A DNA stretch of 64,000 nt from Macrostomum lignano (taxonomy: Eukaryota). The stretch covers positions 85,757 through 149,756 of the forward strand of contig NIVC01002687.1 of the NCBI GenBank assembly GCA_002269645.1, given 5' to 3'. Position 1 is the first letter of the stretch. The number at the start of each line of letters is the position of its first letter. This document shows positions 1 to 12,474 of this stretch, in pieces. Both the position numbers and the translations under genes were made by a program. The notes under the pieces were generated by a model that saw only the letters and a program-made list of their open reading frames with translations, was not told the DNA's origin and did no database searches.

Positions 1-162
1 GAATCCCGGGATTTTTTTTGGAATCGAATCCCGGGATTTTTAATCCCTGGATTGCAAAAGCACCGGGATTCCAGGATTTTGAATCCCGGGATTTCAACAG
101 CATCGGGATTTCGGGACTATTCAATCCCGGGATTGTAAAATGTCGGGATTTTGGAATCCCTA
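1..162. mobile_element. Right end of a hAT-family element/MITE (left end outside the window)
   Basis: Dense GGGATT/AATCCC subterminal motifs ending in GGGATTGTAAAATGTCGGGATTTTGGAATCCCTA. This closely resembles the right end of the hAT at 30348-30382 (GGGATTATAAAATGTCCAGGATTTGGGACCCCTA). Confidence 0.7.
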
Positions 163-369
163 CTAGTGCTGCCTCTAAGTCTGACCAACGACAGCAGTTG
201 GAGTTTATCTATCCCTGCTGTCTTTCTAGACTGCACACTATATAGTGCACAGCACAGTGCACATGCACATGTACCATACCATCATAAATTAATCATAGGC
301 CTAATATCTTGCTTTTTATGATTTTAATAACTCAGTTTCCACTTTTCACATTTCAATATTTAAATTCCA

Positions 370-480
370 AATCCCAACATAATCCCAACTTCCAATCCTA
401 GGATCCCATAGGGCCTAATACCAAAAAATGTCTAAATCTTGGGATTTCAAGATCCGAAGATCCTGGGATTGCAACCTCTA
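370..480. mobile_element. Second hAT-like terminus (degenerate)
   Basis: GGGAT/ATCCC motifs ending in CCTGGGATTGCAACCTCTA (reverse complement TAGAGGTTGCAATCCCAGG, a hAT-style TIR start). The partner end is not in the window. Confidence 0.45.
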
Positions 481-1120
481 CTGTCATAGCCTATGGAATA
501 GCCATAGGATGAACAAACTAGCCCTAGGCCTATCAATATCATGTCATCTCTATATTGGCCTATTTATTAGACCTACTATTGGAAGTCTTCATAATTAAAA
601 TTTGATTTCTGAATCAATCTGCACTACAAATATTAATTTATAGCCTCATAGGACATAGTCTATTCTAAGAGTATAACTAGATATTTGTTCATAATAATAT
701 GCATAACATGGTAATATTATATATCTGAAAGACCTTAAGTTATGCACTATAATAAAAAGTGGCTTTAAGAAAACTATATGCCAATGTCTGCCAAAAATAA
801 TTTTCCTTAAAATGTATGCCATGCTGAAAAGTTGCAAAAGATAAATATGTGAACAAAATAAATAAAATGATAATTTGTTGTTTTACCTTCAAACTATTTT
901 TCCCTTAAGCCAATTTGGTCAACTACATTTATTGCCAAAAATAGCAAAGGGCATATTAATTAATTAAAGTGTATATAGACTATTTCTTAGAAAACATAAG
1001 CATTAACCCTTAAGACTTAAGTCTTTGACCCCAGGGACTTTAGAGTTCCCTTCACAAAAGGTACAAGCTACCATTATCATCTCAATGCATTGTCACATTA
1101 TATGTGATGCATTAAATTTG

Positions 1121-3581
1121 ATGGCAAAGGCCAAGACAAAAGCCTCTAGGAGAGGCAATCATGCTGACAATGGGACAAAGAAAAGCAGCATTTCTGCCTG
1201 GCTCATGCCAGGTGCAGCTGTAGCAATTGTCGCCATCTGCTTTGGAATTTGCTACCAAAATTTTGCCAAAGCCACCATCAGAAATGAACAAGTTGTGCTA
1301 GCACCTGCCAATCAGTCGTTTATTGAACCAACTCAAAGGCAGTTCGAGTGTGCCAAAGCCTACACAGCCGAGCTGAGGCGCCTGCGACCCGACTGCCTGC
1401 CAGCCAGCTGCGGTCGATTCGTTCATGACGGCATCGCCACTGAGGCTGAGGCTGCGGCCCTGCTGGCACTGGCCAAGCGAGGCTTCGCTCTGGGTGGCGG
1501 ATCTGGTGGGGCCACCATTCTGGATCTGCACTCCGGAGCTCTGTCTCTGGGACAGAAGTTTGTTAATGTCTACACTGTGGACGGCAGAAATGGTTAGTCA
1601 CATTGCTTTCCATTATTTTCTTTTGTGTTTCAGTAGCGTTCCTGCTTGCCATTGTTGTAGTAGCTTCCATTAGTAGCTTCCCACTCTCCCTGTAGTTTCC
1701 CACTCTCTCTGTAGTTTCCCACTCTCCCTGTAGTTTCCCACTCTCTCTGTAGTTTCCCACTCTCTCTGTAGTTTCCCACTCTCTCTGTAGTTTCCCACTC
1801 TCTCTGTAGTTTCCCACTCTGTGAAGTTTCCCACTCTCTGTAGTTTCCCACTCTCCCTGTAGTTTCCCACTCTCCCTGTAGTTTCCCACTCTCCCTGTAG
1901 TTTCCCACTCTCTCTGTAGTTTCCCACTCTCCCTGTAGTTTCCCACTCTCTCTGTAGTTTCCCACTCTCTCTGTAGTTTCCCACTCTCCCTGTAGTTTCC
2001 CACTCTCTCCGTAGTTTCCCACTCTCCCTGTAGTTTCCCACTCTCTCTGTAGTTTCCCACTCATACATGTGCAACCTCCAAAATTCGGTCAGCCGTGCGA
2101 CTTAGTTTTAACAAAAATGCGACGTAGTTTTTGGCCAAAAATGCGACTTACATATAAAAAAACCCGAAAGCAAAATTAACACAACTTTGGGTAAACGGCA
2201 GGAGTAACTATGACTGTTTTATTAAGCTAAAATGCCTCGTCAGCTACTTAGTACTACTACTCGGGTTATTTTTTGGGTGGGCATTTTTGCGACTTCCTTG
2301 ATTGGCCGCCAAATCGGTCGGCCGGATCGGCCGACTCGGCCGACTGTTGCGCATGTATGTTCCCACTCTCCCTGTAGTTTCCCACTCTCCCTGTAGTTTC
2401 CCACTCTCCCTGTAGTTTCCCACTCTCTCTGTAGTTTCCTGCTCTCTCTGTAGTTTCCCACTCTCCCTGTAGTTTCCCACTCTCCCTGTAGTTTCCCACT
2501 CTGTAGTTTCCCACTCTCCCTGTAGTTTCCCACTCTCCCTGTAGTTTCCCACTCTCTCTGTAGTTTCCTGCTCTCTCTGTAGTTTCCCACTCTCCCTGTA
2601 GTTTCCCACTCTCCCTGTAGTTTCCCACTCTCTCTGTAGTTTCCCACTCTCCCTGTAGTTTCCCACTCTCCCTGTAGTTTCCCACTCTCCCTGTAGTTTC
2701 CCACTCTCCCTGTAGTTTCCCACTCTCCCTGTAGTTTCCCACTCTCTCTGTAGTTTCCCACTCTCCCTGTAGTTTCCCACTCTCCCTGTAGTTTCCCACT
2801 CTCCCTGTAGTTTCCCACTCTCTCTGTAGTTTCCTGCTCTCTCTGTAGTTTCCCACTCTCCCTGTAGTTTCCCACTCTCCCTGTAGTTTCCCACTCTCTC
2901 TGTAGTTTCCCACTCTGTAGTTTCCCACTCTCCCTGTAGTTTCCCACTCTCTCTGTAGTTTCCCACTCTCTCTGTAGTTTCCCACTCTCTCTGTAGTTTC
3001 CCACTTTGTAGTTTCCCACTCTCCCTGTAGTTTCCCACTCTCTCTGTAGTTTCCCACTTACACGGCCCAGCTAAAATTTCCCTCAACCATTTCGCCCCAA
3101 CCACTCAGGAGGTCGCGGGTTCGCGCCCACCGAATCGGAGCGGCGCCTGTACGCAGGCGTGGTGAACCGCATTCGCCTGGCGGTGGCCGCCGCATTCAAA
3201 GTGTCCAACGCCGAATCGTTGCGATTGACTAAGCCGACGTTCTTCTCCAGATTAACGTCGGCCGAAGCTCGCACCCAGCACGACGAGTACTGGCACTCGC
3301 ACGTGGACAAGGACACCTACGGCAGCTTTCACTACACGTCCCTGCTCTACCTGGCCAATTACGGCACAGATTTCACCGGCGGTCGGTTTCTATTTTTAGA
3401 CTCCAACGGCACTTCCACGGCGTTTGTTGAGCCGCGAACTGGCCGAGTGTCAGCCTTCACGTCCGGGTCAGAGAACACCCATAGGGTTGAGCGGGTCACC
3501 AACGGGCAGAGGTTCGCGCTCACCATAGCCTTCACCTGCGACCCGGCTGCGGCAATTGATGCTAGTGCCATGGGCGGCTGA
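1121..3581 (+). CDS. OGFOD3: 2-oxoglutarate/Fe(II)-dependent oxygenase domain-containing protein 3 (type II membrane protein)
   Basis: Exons 1121-1592 and 3109-3581 join in frame (GTTAGT donor, phase 1; CACTCAG acceptor). N-terminal TM segment AAVAIVAICFGICY, plus ALDLHSGALS-like and LTKPTFFSR, HDEYWHSHVDK (HxD), YTSLLYL, FTSGSENTHRVE and RFALTIAF motifs typical of OGFOD3. Confidence 0.93.
2062..2359. mobile_element. 298-bp MITE (hAT-type 8-bp TSD) carrying a 28S rRNA-like fragment
   Basis: 14-bp TIR CATACATGTGCAAC / GTTGCGCATGTATG (1 mismatch). TTCCCACT is duplicated at 2054-2061 and 2360-2367. Internal TGCGACTT repeats. Confidence 0.85.
2189..2252 (+). other. Degenerate 28S rRNA fragment (conserved region around the R2 / I-PpoI target)
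   Basis: GGGTAAACGGCAGGAGTAACTATGACT-GTTTTATTAAGCTA-AAATGCCTCGTCAGCTACTTAGT versus the recalled eukaryotic 28S consensus GGGTAAACGGCGGGAGTAACTATGACT-CTCTTAAGGTAGCC-AAATGCCTCGTCATCTAATTAGT: 51/64 ungapped identity by hand. Confidence 0.8.
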
Positions 3582-4000
3582 TCTGATCAGTCTGGTTGGG
3601 TGTGGGATCAGTCAGGTTGGGGGTGGGATCAGTCTGGTTGGGGATGGGATCAGTCTGGTTGGGGGTGGGATCAGTCTGGTTGGGGGATGGGATCAGTCTG
3701 GTTGGGGGATGGGATCAGTGTGGTTGGGGATGGGATCAGTCTGGTTGGGGATGGGATCAGTCTGGTTGGGGTGGGATCAGTCTGGTTGGGGGATGGGATC
3801 AGTCTGGTTGGGGGATGGGATCAGTGTGGTTGGGGTGGGATCAGTCTGGTTGGGGGATGGGATCAGTCTGGTTGGGGGTGGGATCAGTCTGGTTGGGGGT
3901 GGGATCAGTCTGGTTGGGGGATGGGATCAGTGTGGTTGGGGATGGGATCAGTCTGGTTGGGGGATGGGATCAGTCTGGTTGGGGGTAGGATCAGTCTGAT
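3582..4000. repeat. G-rich minisatellite, 20-21-bp unit GGGATCAGTCTGGTTGGGG(G)AT, starting at the OGFOD3 stop codon
   Basis: Visible tandem periodicity. Confidence 0.95.
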
Positions 4001-4591
4001 AGGGACTTAAGCTTAATATGGATCCTGATGTATTCTTTAGAAACATTGTTGATTTGCGGCATCTCCTACTGTTAGTAGAGCATCGATTCACGAAATTGTG
4101 GTTGTAAAATCGCCTAAAATCGTTCCTGTGTTTTGCTAGTTGCTTGCTTGTTCCTTTTTTCTAGTCATTCTAGTTAGTTATTTTTAGTATATGGGATAGC
4201 TTTTTGTCTTGATCGATTTCTGTCTACCAACCCCAAAATTGAACCATTGGGCTCATGAAATTTCTTAGCATCGGAATATGTCTGTCTGAGATGTTTTTGT
4301 TATTTTCAAAAATTCTCTTTGAGTCAGGATGCAGTTGAGCGCTTTAATTAATCAATCGTATTGGTTTTGTTTTATTAAACTCTGAGTTAGTAGTTCTCAA
4401 ATTGTACGCGTCAGTGCATATAAAGTGCCAATGTAAGCTCAAAGTTTATTGACCATTACATCATAGTTTAAATATTTTACTGCACGAAGAGTTCAGTCGC
4501 TTGACCATCTTGACAAAAATACAAGCCTGTCTTGTGACTCTTGTGTCTCTGTCTTTTGCACCAAAGACTTGTACGACTATGGCACCGTCCG

Positions 4592-6062
4592 CCTCCCAGA
4601 TCCTCAGTTGCTGGGCCAGCCTCCCAGATCCCCAGTTGCTGGGCCAGCCCCCCAGATCCCCAGTTGCTGAGCCAGCCTCCCAGATCCCCAGTTGCTAGGC
4701 CGGCCTCTCCAATCCTCAGTTGCTAGGCCAGCCTCTCAGATCCCCAGTTGCTGAGCCAGCCTCCCAGATCCCAGTTGCTGGGCCAGCCTCCCAGATCCCC
4801 AGTTGCTGGGCCAGCCTCCCAGATCCCCAGTTGCTGGGCCAGCCTCCCAGATCCCCAGTTGCTAGGCCGGCCTCTCCAATCCTCAGTTGCTGGGCCAGCC
4901 TCTCAGATCCCCAGTTGCTGAGCCAGCCTCCCAGATCCCAGTTGCTGGGCCAGCCTCCCAGATCCTCAGTTGCTGGGCCAGCCTCCCAGATCCCCGGTTG
5001 CTGGGCCAGCCTCCCAGATCCTCAGTTGCTAGGCCAGCCTCCCAGATCCCAGTTGCTAGGCCAGCCTCCCAGATCCCCAGTTGCTGGGCCAGCCCCCCAG
5101 ATCCCCAGTTGCTGAGCCAGCCTCCCAGATCCCCAGTTGCTAGGCCGGCCTCTCAAATCCTCAGTTGCTGGGCCAGCCTCTCAGATCCCCAGTTGCTGGG
5201 CCAGCCCCCCAGATCCCCAGTTGCTGAGCCAGCCTCCCAGATCCCCAGTTGCTAGGCCGGCCTCTCCAATCCTCAGTTGCTGGGCCAGCCTCTCAGATCC
5301 CCAGTTGCTGAGCCAGCCTCCCAGATCCCAGTTGCTGGGCCAGCCTCCCAGATCCTCAGTTGCTGGGCCAGCCTCCCAGATCCCAGTTGCTGGGCCAGCC
5401 TCCCAGATCCTCAGTTGCTAGGCCAGCCTCCCAGATCCCAGTTGCTGGGCCAGCCTCCCAGATCCCCAGTTGCTGGGCCAGCCCCCCAGATCCCCAGTTG
5501 CTGAGCCAGCCTCCCAGATCCCCAGTTGCTAGGCCGGCCTCTCAAATCCTCAGTTGCTGGGCCAGCCTCTCAGATCCCCAGTTGCTGAGCCAGCCTCCCA
5601 GATCCCAGTTGCTGGGCCAGCCTCCCAGATCCCCAGTTGCTGGGCCAGCCTCCCAGATCCCCAGTTGCTGGGCCAGCCTCCCAGATCCCCAGTTGCTAGG
5701 CCGGCCTCTCCAATCCTCAGTTGCTGGGCCAGCCTCTCAGATCCCCAGTTGCTAGGCCGGCCTCTCCAATCCTCAGTTGCTGGGCCAGCCTCTCAGATCC
5801 CCAGTTGCTGAGCCAGCCTCCCAGATCCCAGTTGCTGGGCCAGCCTCCCAGATCCTCAGTTGCTGGGCCAGCCCCCCAGATCCCCAGTTGCTGAGCCAGC
5901 CTCCCAGATCCTCAGTTGCTAGGCCAGCCTCCCAGATCCCCAGTTGCTGGGCCAGCCTCTCAGATCCTCAGTTGCTGGGCCAGCCTCCCAGATCCTCAGT
6001 TGCTAGGCCAGCCTCCCAGATTCCCGGTTGCTGGGCCGGCCTCCCAGATCCCCGGTTGCTAG
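4592..6062. repeat. Minisatellite, 27-28-bp unit CCCAGATCCCCAGTTGCTGGGCCAGCCT
   Basis: Visible tandem periodicity. Confidence 0.96.
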
Positions 6063-6832
6063 GCTGTCTGTGCTTTTATTTTGCAATTCGCTGATGGCAT
6101 TTACAACCCAGTGCCCAGCCCTGGCTGATTGCCGCACAATTTTTTTATTAAAAATGCTATGCTATGCCGAACTGAATATCGGAAGGAGCGTCAACTCATC
6201 TGTCTGACTGCCTTTTGCGGTCCGGCTTTTTAATTCCTCCTCTTTCACTCTGATCCCGGGCGATTATCCCATGGGATTTGAGTGAAAATCCGCAGCTGCA
6301 TCGGGCATCAGCCATGGTAAGACGAGAGTCGAGTGGACAGACAGTGGATGGAATATCTAGGAAATAAATATAGTGGAGTTTATCCGCTCAGCCTGGACTG
6401 TCTGCCACAGCTTATGCTAGAGGTTATGGTCGTTCATTTTCCTCGGCCACGTGCACAAGAATTTCAATATAAGACATTTACCAGTACTATAATCACGTAA
6501 TAAGTTCATCAATTCTTATATAAGACATATAATCCATCTACCTGGGTATGTTAATTGGTGCCTTTCCGTTGCAATAAACCTACAGTTAAGACCAACAACC
6601 GGAAGTGCGCCGCGCTTACACTTTCGTTTCCAATTTCGTCTGGGCTCTCCTTTCCTGGAGGCCTTTCAGTTCCGATGAAGGGCTTGTAGGGCAGGCAGAC
6701 CTGCAGTGTCATCTTCCTAGCTCAGTTACTGCCACTTTTACTGATTATAATGTTCTTAAAATAGTTCTTTCGTTTCAATATTTGTTAAGGTTTTCTTAAG
6801 TCTAGTTTATTGTTTTAGTATACATTGGGCTG

Positions 6833-7095
6833 TCTGTCTGTGACTCACTTCCTGTCTGTGACTCACTTCCTGTCTGTGACTCACTTCCTGTCTGTGACTC
6901 ACTTCCTGGCTGTGACTCACTTTCTGGCTGTGACTCACTTCCTGTCTGTGACTCACTTCCTGGCTGTGACTCACTTCCTGTCTGTGACTCACTTCCTGGC
7001 TGTGACTCACTTCCTGGCTGTGACTCACTTCCTGTCTGTGACTCACTTCCTGTCTGTCTCACTGACTGTCTGTCGTCTGTCTGTGACTCACTTCC

Positions 7096-7097
<2 letters not shown>
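6833..7097. repeat. Minisatellite, 18-bp unit CTGTCTGTGACTCACTTC
   Basis: Visible tandem periodicity grading into (TCTG)n. Confidence 0.95.
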
Positions 7098-7141
<44 letters not shown>

Positions 7142-7216
7142 GTCTATTTGTCTATTTTTCTGTCTGCATGTCTGTCCGTCTATCTATTTGTCTGTCCGTG
7201 TCTGTCTGTCTGTATA

Positions 7217-7269
<53 letters not shown>

Positions 7270-7270
7270 G

Positions 7271-7315
<45 letters not shown>

Positions 7316-7409
7316 TAGTGTCTGTCTTAGTGTCTTTCTGTCTGTGACTCACTTCCTGTCTGTCTCACTGACTGACTGTCTGTCTGCCTGTCTGTCTGCC
7401 TGGCTGTCC

Positions 7410-7477
<68 letters not shown>

Positions 7478-7552
7478 TGTCTGCCTGTCTTGTCTGCCTG
7501 TCTGTCTGTCTGTCCGTCTGTCTGTCTGCCTGTCTGTCTGTCTGTCTGTATA

Positions 7553-7587
<35 letters not shown>

Positions 7588-7599
7588 GCCTGGCTGTCC

Positions 7600-7655
<56 letters not shown>

Positions 7656-7869
7656 TGTCTGCCTGTCTTGTCTGCCTGTCTGTCTGTCTGTCCGTCTGTC
7701 TGTCTGCCTGTCTGTCTGTCTGTATGTCTGTCTGTCTTTGTGTCTGCCTGTCTGTATGTCTGTCTGTCTGTCTGTCTTAGTGCCTGTCTTAGTGTCTGTC
7801 TGTCTGTCTTTGTGTCTGCCTGTCTGTCTGTCTGTCCGTCTGTCTGCCTGTCTGTCTGTCTGCCTGTCC

Positions 7870-7901
<32 letters not shown>

Positions 7902-7954
7902 TGTCTGCCTGTCTGTCTGTCTGTCTGTCTGCCTGTCTGTCTGCCTGGCTGTCC

Positions 7955-7998
<44 letters not shown>

Positions 7999-8195
7999 TG
8001 TCTGCCTGTCTGTCTGCCTGTCCGTCTGTTTGTCTGCCTGTCTGTCTGTCTGTATGTCTGCCTGTCTGTCTTTGTGTTTGCCTGTCTGTATGTCTGTCTG
8101 TCTTAGTGCCTGTCTTAGTGTCTGTCTGTCTGTCTTTGTGTCTGCCTGTCTGTCTGTCTGTCCGTCTGTCTGCCTGTCTGTCTGTCTGCCTGTCC

Positions 8196-8259
<64 letters not shown>

Positions 8260-8586
8260 TGTCTGCCTGTCCGTCTGTCTGTCTGCCTGTCTGTCTGTGT
8301 ATGTCTGTCTGTCTGTCTGTCTGTCTGTCTTTGTGTCTGCCTGTCTGTATGTCTGTCTGTCTGTCTGTCTGTCTTAGTGCCTGTCTTAGTGTTTGTCTGT
8401 CTGTCTTTGTGTCTGCCTGTCTGTCTGTCTGTCCGTCTGTCTGCCTGTCTGTCTGTCTGCCTGTCCGTCTGTCTGTCTGTCTGTCTGTCTGTCTGCCTGT
8501 CTGTCTGTCTGTCTGTCTGTCAGTCTGTCTGTCTGTCTGTCTGTCTTAGTGTCTGTCTGCCTGTCTGTCTGTCTGTCTGCCTGTCC

Positions 8587-8618
<32 letters not shown>

Positions 8619-8658
8619 GCCTGTCCGTCTGTCTGTCTGTCTGCCTGTCTGTCCGTCT
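7097..8658. repeat. Degenerate (TCTG)n microsatellite with higher-order blocks
   Basis: Tetranucleotide periodicity; source of the VCLS pseudo-ORFs. Confidence 0.97.
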
Positions 8659-9104
8659 ACCTTGTGCGCAATGCAGGCAGCTCTCAAAATATTTTTGTCA
8701 CCCACCGCCTTGACCGATTCTACTTTCGTAACAGGCATCTACCAAGCTCAAACATGACTAACACAAATGATACTAGATAAACACTGCTAAGTAAGCCTAA
8801 CTGCGGGAGCCCTCTTATAAGATTCAAGGCAAAGTCTTACTTGGCTTGTCTAATTCCACAGAGAGATCTTACCTTAGACTGTGTTGTCTGCCTTCCACTG
8901 CTGCCACATACACTGCGGCCACACTACTGCACTGGTCAATACATATGAACAGGGTTTCTAGCTAAATCGGTATATCAATAAAGAAAATTACTTTGAGTTC
9001 GTCTATAATTATGTGAAGAGCATTTTAGAGTATATAGAAGGGTGCCATTTTTATAATTGATGGGATGGGATACATTGGATGTCTTTATTTGTCTCTGGCT
9101 ATTC

Positions 9105-9622
9105 ATTTGATGTTTGTATCATGTGTATTATTAGTTATTTTATGTTTGTATCATGTCTTTTATTTGTTAATTGATGTGTGTATAATGCGTTTTATTAGAT
9201 ATTTTATGTGTGTATCATGCGCTCTATTAGTTAGTTGATTTGTGCATCATGTTATTGGATTTGTGTATCATGTGTATTATTATTAATTTGATGTGTGCAT
9301 CATGTGTAATATTATTAATTTGATGTGTGCATCATGTGTATTATTATTAATTTGATGCGTGCATCATGTGTATTATTATTAATTTGATGTGTGCATCATG
9401 TGTATCATTAGTCATTTGATGTGTGCATCATGTGTATCATTAGTCATTTGATGTGTGCATCATGTGTATCATTAGTCATTTGATGTGTGCATCATGTGTA
9501 TCATTAGTCATTTGATGTGTGCATCATGTGTATCATTAGTCATTTGATGTGTGCATCATGTGTATTATTAGTCATTTGATGTGTGCATCATGTGTATCAT
9601 TAGTCATTTGATGTGTGCATTA
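9105..9622. repeat. Minisatellite, 32-bp unit ATTTGATGTGTGCATCATGTGTATCATTAGTC
   Basis: Tandem units, most homogeneous from about 9390 to 9610. Confidence 0.92.
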
Positions 9623-10169
9623 TATTTGATTAGCTCTGCATGAGCTGATACAACATAATTAGCCCGCATATTGGTGTATGATAATTAATAATTTACAATT
9701 CGCAGCGGATGCAGAAACGGGCAGGAGAGCTCCTAGGCTCAGCAATGATTAATGAAAGGTGCATCTCGAATCCCAAACTGGTAGGCTAAAGTCTCTTGTT
9801 AAGAAGGGCTTAAGAAGCGCCCAACTCTCGATCGCGTTACAGTTACCTGGGGCTTGTCTCAAGATTGCCCTTCCCCAGGCGCAGAGTCTGTTGTTAACAG
9901 CTAGTTAGCAAGGATTCCATTTACACCGGTTTCCAATGGCAACCCGAAGATTGCGCTCCAATCTGAGCAGCATTGTGTCGAATAGAGGAGCTATTTTTAT
10001 TGCCAGCAATAGGCTCGCCGGCTGGCGGTTTCATTAGGGTTTTGCAACAAGAAGAGGGAACCATCGAACGGAGTGAAAAACTTTCATAGTTTGGATTCGC
10101 GACTAATGAGAAACCGGCCGCTGGACCGCCTGCCGTGCGAGCGGTCTATTAGTCTTTATTCCCCCTTGC

Positions 10170-10780
10170 CTTTCTTTACTCTTGTCTCGCTATTCTCTCT
10201 TATCTCTCTGTCCTCTCTCTTGTCTCTCTGTTCTCTCTCTTGTCTATTCTCTCTCCTGTCTCTCTATTCTCTCTCTTGTCTCTCTATTCTCTCTTGTCTA
10301 TTCTCTCTCCTGTCTCTCTATTCTCTCTCCCGTCTCTATTCTCTATTCTCTCTCTTGTCTCTCTATTCTCTCTCTTGTCTATTCTCTCTCCTGTCTCTCT
10401 ATTCTCTCTATTGTCTCTATTCTCTCTCCTGTCTCTATTCTCTATTCTCTCTCCTGTCTCTATTCTCTATTCTCTCTCTTGTCTCTCTGTCCTCTCTCTT
10501 GTCTCTCTATTCTCTCTCCTGTCTCTCTATTCTCCCTCTTGTCTATTCTCTCTCTTGTCTCTCTATTCTCTCTTTTGTAACTCTATTCTCTCTCCTGTCT
10601 CTCTATTCTCTCTCCTGTCTCTCTATTCTCTCTCCTGTCTCTCTATTCTCTCTCCTGTCTCTATTTTCTCTCTTGTCTCTCTATTCTCTCTCCTGTCTCT
10701 CTATTCTCTCTCTTGTCTCTCTATTCTCTCTCTTGTCTCTCTATTCTTTCTTTTTTCTCTGTATGCCCTCTCGTCTCTCT
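10170..10780. repeat. Pyrimidine-rich minisatellite, ~20-bp unit CTCTATTCTCTCTCCTGTCT
   Basis: Visible periodicity. Confidence 0.92.
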
Positions 10781-11504
10781 ATCTTGTCTGTCGATTTGGT
10801 CTCTCTTTATTTACTTTCTCCCTCCACCTCCCCTCCTTTCTTTATCTCTGCTCTGTCTCTTCTAGCTATCTCTGACTCTTATCTCTAACAGCCTTGTCAA
10901 CTGGCACTTAAAAAGCCCCATAGAGTTCCAGGATTATTTAGTTAAAGTAATTTCATTATTAAAGCGACAACGCAGACTTAAGCCAAGACGTTCGTCTGCT
11001 AGAAAAAAAGGGAGTAGCGGGATAATTTCCGGAGAAACAGGCCAAGCGTGTGATAGAGCAAACCTAGCGATCAGTGCTATGCACGGAAGAAGTGAAAGCG
11101 GTAGACGGCTATCCGTACCCTCTAAGTAGTGTAAGTGGATCTGCTCAAACAGACACCGCCCAATCCGAGCCTTCTTCCACGGAGATAGAGATTAAGAGCG
11201 ACGTGAGTCTCTCTAGAAAAAAAATGAAGCTTTAAAAGCCTCGACCGAAGCAATCTCTCATTTGCGAGGCGGACGAGGTTCTTCTTAGCACTGCAGTCTC
11301 CAGTAAACGCGAGCTATCGGTCGTCTGTAGCTTGGCAACTGCAAATAGCTGCTTGAACTGACCCGTATTGATTAGCTGAGACTGCAGCACTTCTTAGTGG
11401 ATTTGGTTAAGATAGCTTTTCGGTAAGCTCCGCTCTTGCAACGCTTTTTGCACAATATTTTTGTCCCTTGTTATAACGCCTCTCTGGGACTTGTTTTAGC
11501 GCCT

Positions 11505-12220
11505 CTAGGGCGCTGATTTCGGTGCCTCTCTGATACTTATTTTGGCGCCTCTTTGACACTCATTTTGGCGCCTCTCTGATACTCATTTTGTCGCCTCTCT
11601 GATACTCATTTTGTCGCCTCTCTGATACTCATTTTGGCGCCTCTCTGATACTCATTTTGGTGCCTCTCTGACACTCATTTTGGCGCCCCTCTGACACTCA
11701 TTTTGGCGCCTCTCTGACGCTCATTTTGGCCCCTGACTGATACTCATTTTGGCGCCTGACTGATACTCATTTTGGCGCCTGACTGATACTCATTTTGGCG
11801 CCTGACTGAGACTCATTTTGGCGCTTCTCTGATCCTCAGTTTGTCTCTTCTTTGACACTCATTTTGGCGCCTCTCTGACGCTCATTTTGGTGCCTCTCTG
11901 ACACTCATTTTGGCGCCCCTCTGACACTCATTTGGGCGCCTCTCTGACGCTCATTTTGGCGCCTGACTGATACTCATTTTGGCGCCTGACTGATACTCAT
12001 TTTGGCGCCTCTCTGACACTCATTTTGGCGCCCCTCTGACACTCATTTTGGCGCCTCTCTGACGCTCATTTTGGCGCCCCTCTGACACTCATTTTGGCGC
12101 CTCTCTGACACTCATTTTGGCGCCTCTCTGACGCTCATTTTGGCGCCTCTCTGACGCTCATTTTGGCGCCTCTCTGACATCTAATTTGTCTCTTCTCTGA
12201 TACTCATTTTGGCGCCTCTT
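11505..12220. repeat. Minisatellite, 23-bp unit CTCATTTTGGCGCCTCTCTGACA
   Basis: Visible periodicity. Confidence 0.95.
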
Positions 12221-12474
12221 TGCCTGTTTTACGCGATTGGTTACGAGATAAAAGTAAACCGATACTCGTAAAGGCCTACCAATAGAAGCAGTGCAGGTTG
12301 CAGTTAGATCTATCAGAACCATCCCGACTTTTCTTGCTTTAACTGACATTCCTCAGGTTTTCGTCTCATAGCACGCCAGCCAACCCTTCTGTGAGACTTG
12401 AGAAAAGTTTCAGTTTTGTCTTATTTATAATCAATGAATAAATCAACCACTGTAGTTAACCCACCCTATCAAGT

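Larger units (their letters stand above)
1680..3059. repeat. Intronic minisatellite, 19-bp unit GTAGTTTCCCACTCTCYCT, interrupted by a MITE
   Basis: Direct tandem periodicity of 19 nt, which explains the WETTERVGNYRESGKLQ pseudo-ORFs. Confidence 0.97.

Noticed and set aside
2189-2252. Functional rRNA gene
   Set aside because: Only 64 nt, degenerate and inside a MITE; treated as a captured fragment.
1563-3104. Long ORFs such as WETTERVGNYRESGK
   Set aside because: Stop-free readings of the 19-bp intronic minisatellite, open in all three frames.
3105-3132. tRNA T-arm-like GAGGTCGCGGGTTCGCGCCC
   Set aside because: Lies in the OGFOD3 coding exon; no A box, cloverleaf or acceptor stem.
6825-8757. 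574-aa VCLS-rich ORF and overlapping ORFs
   Set aside because: Translation of (TCTG)n.
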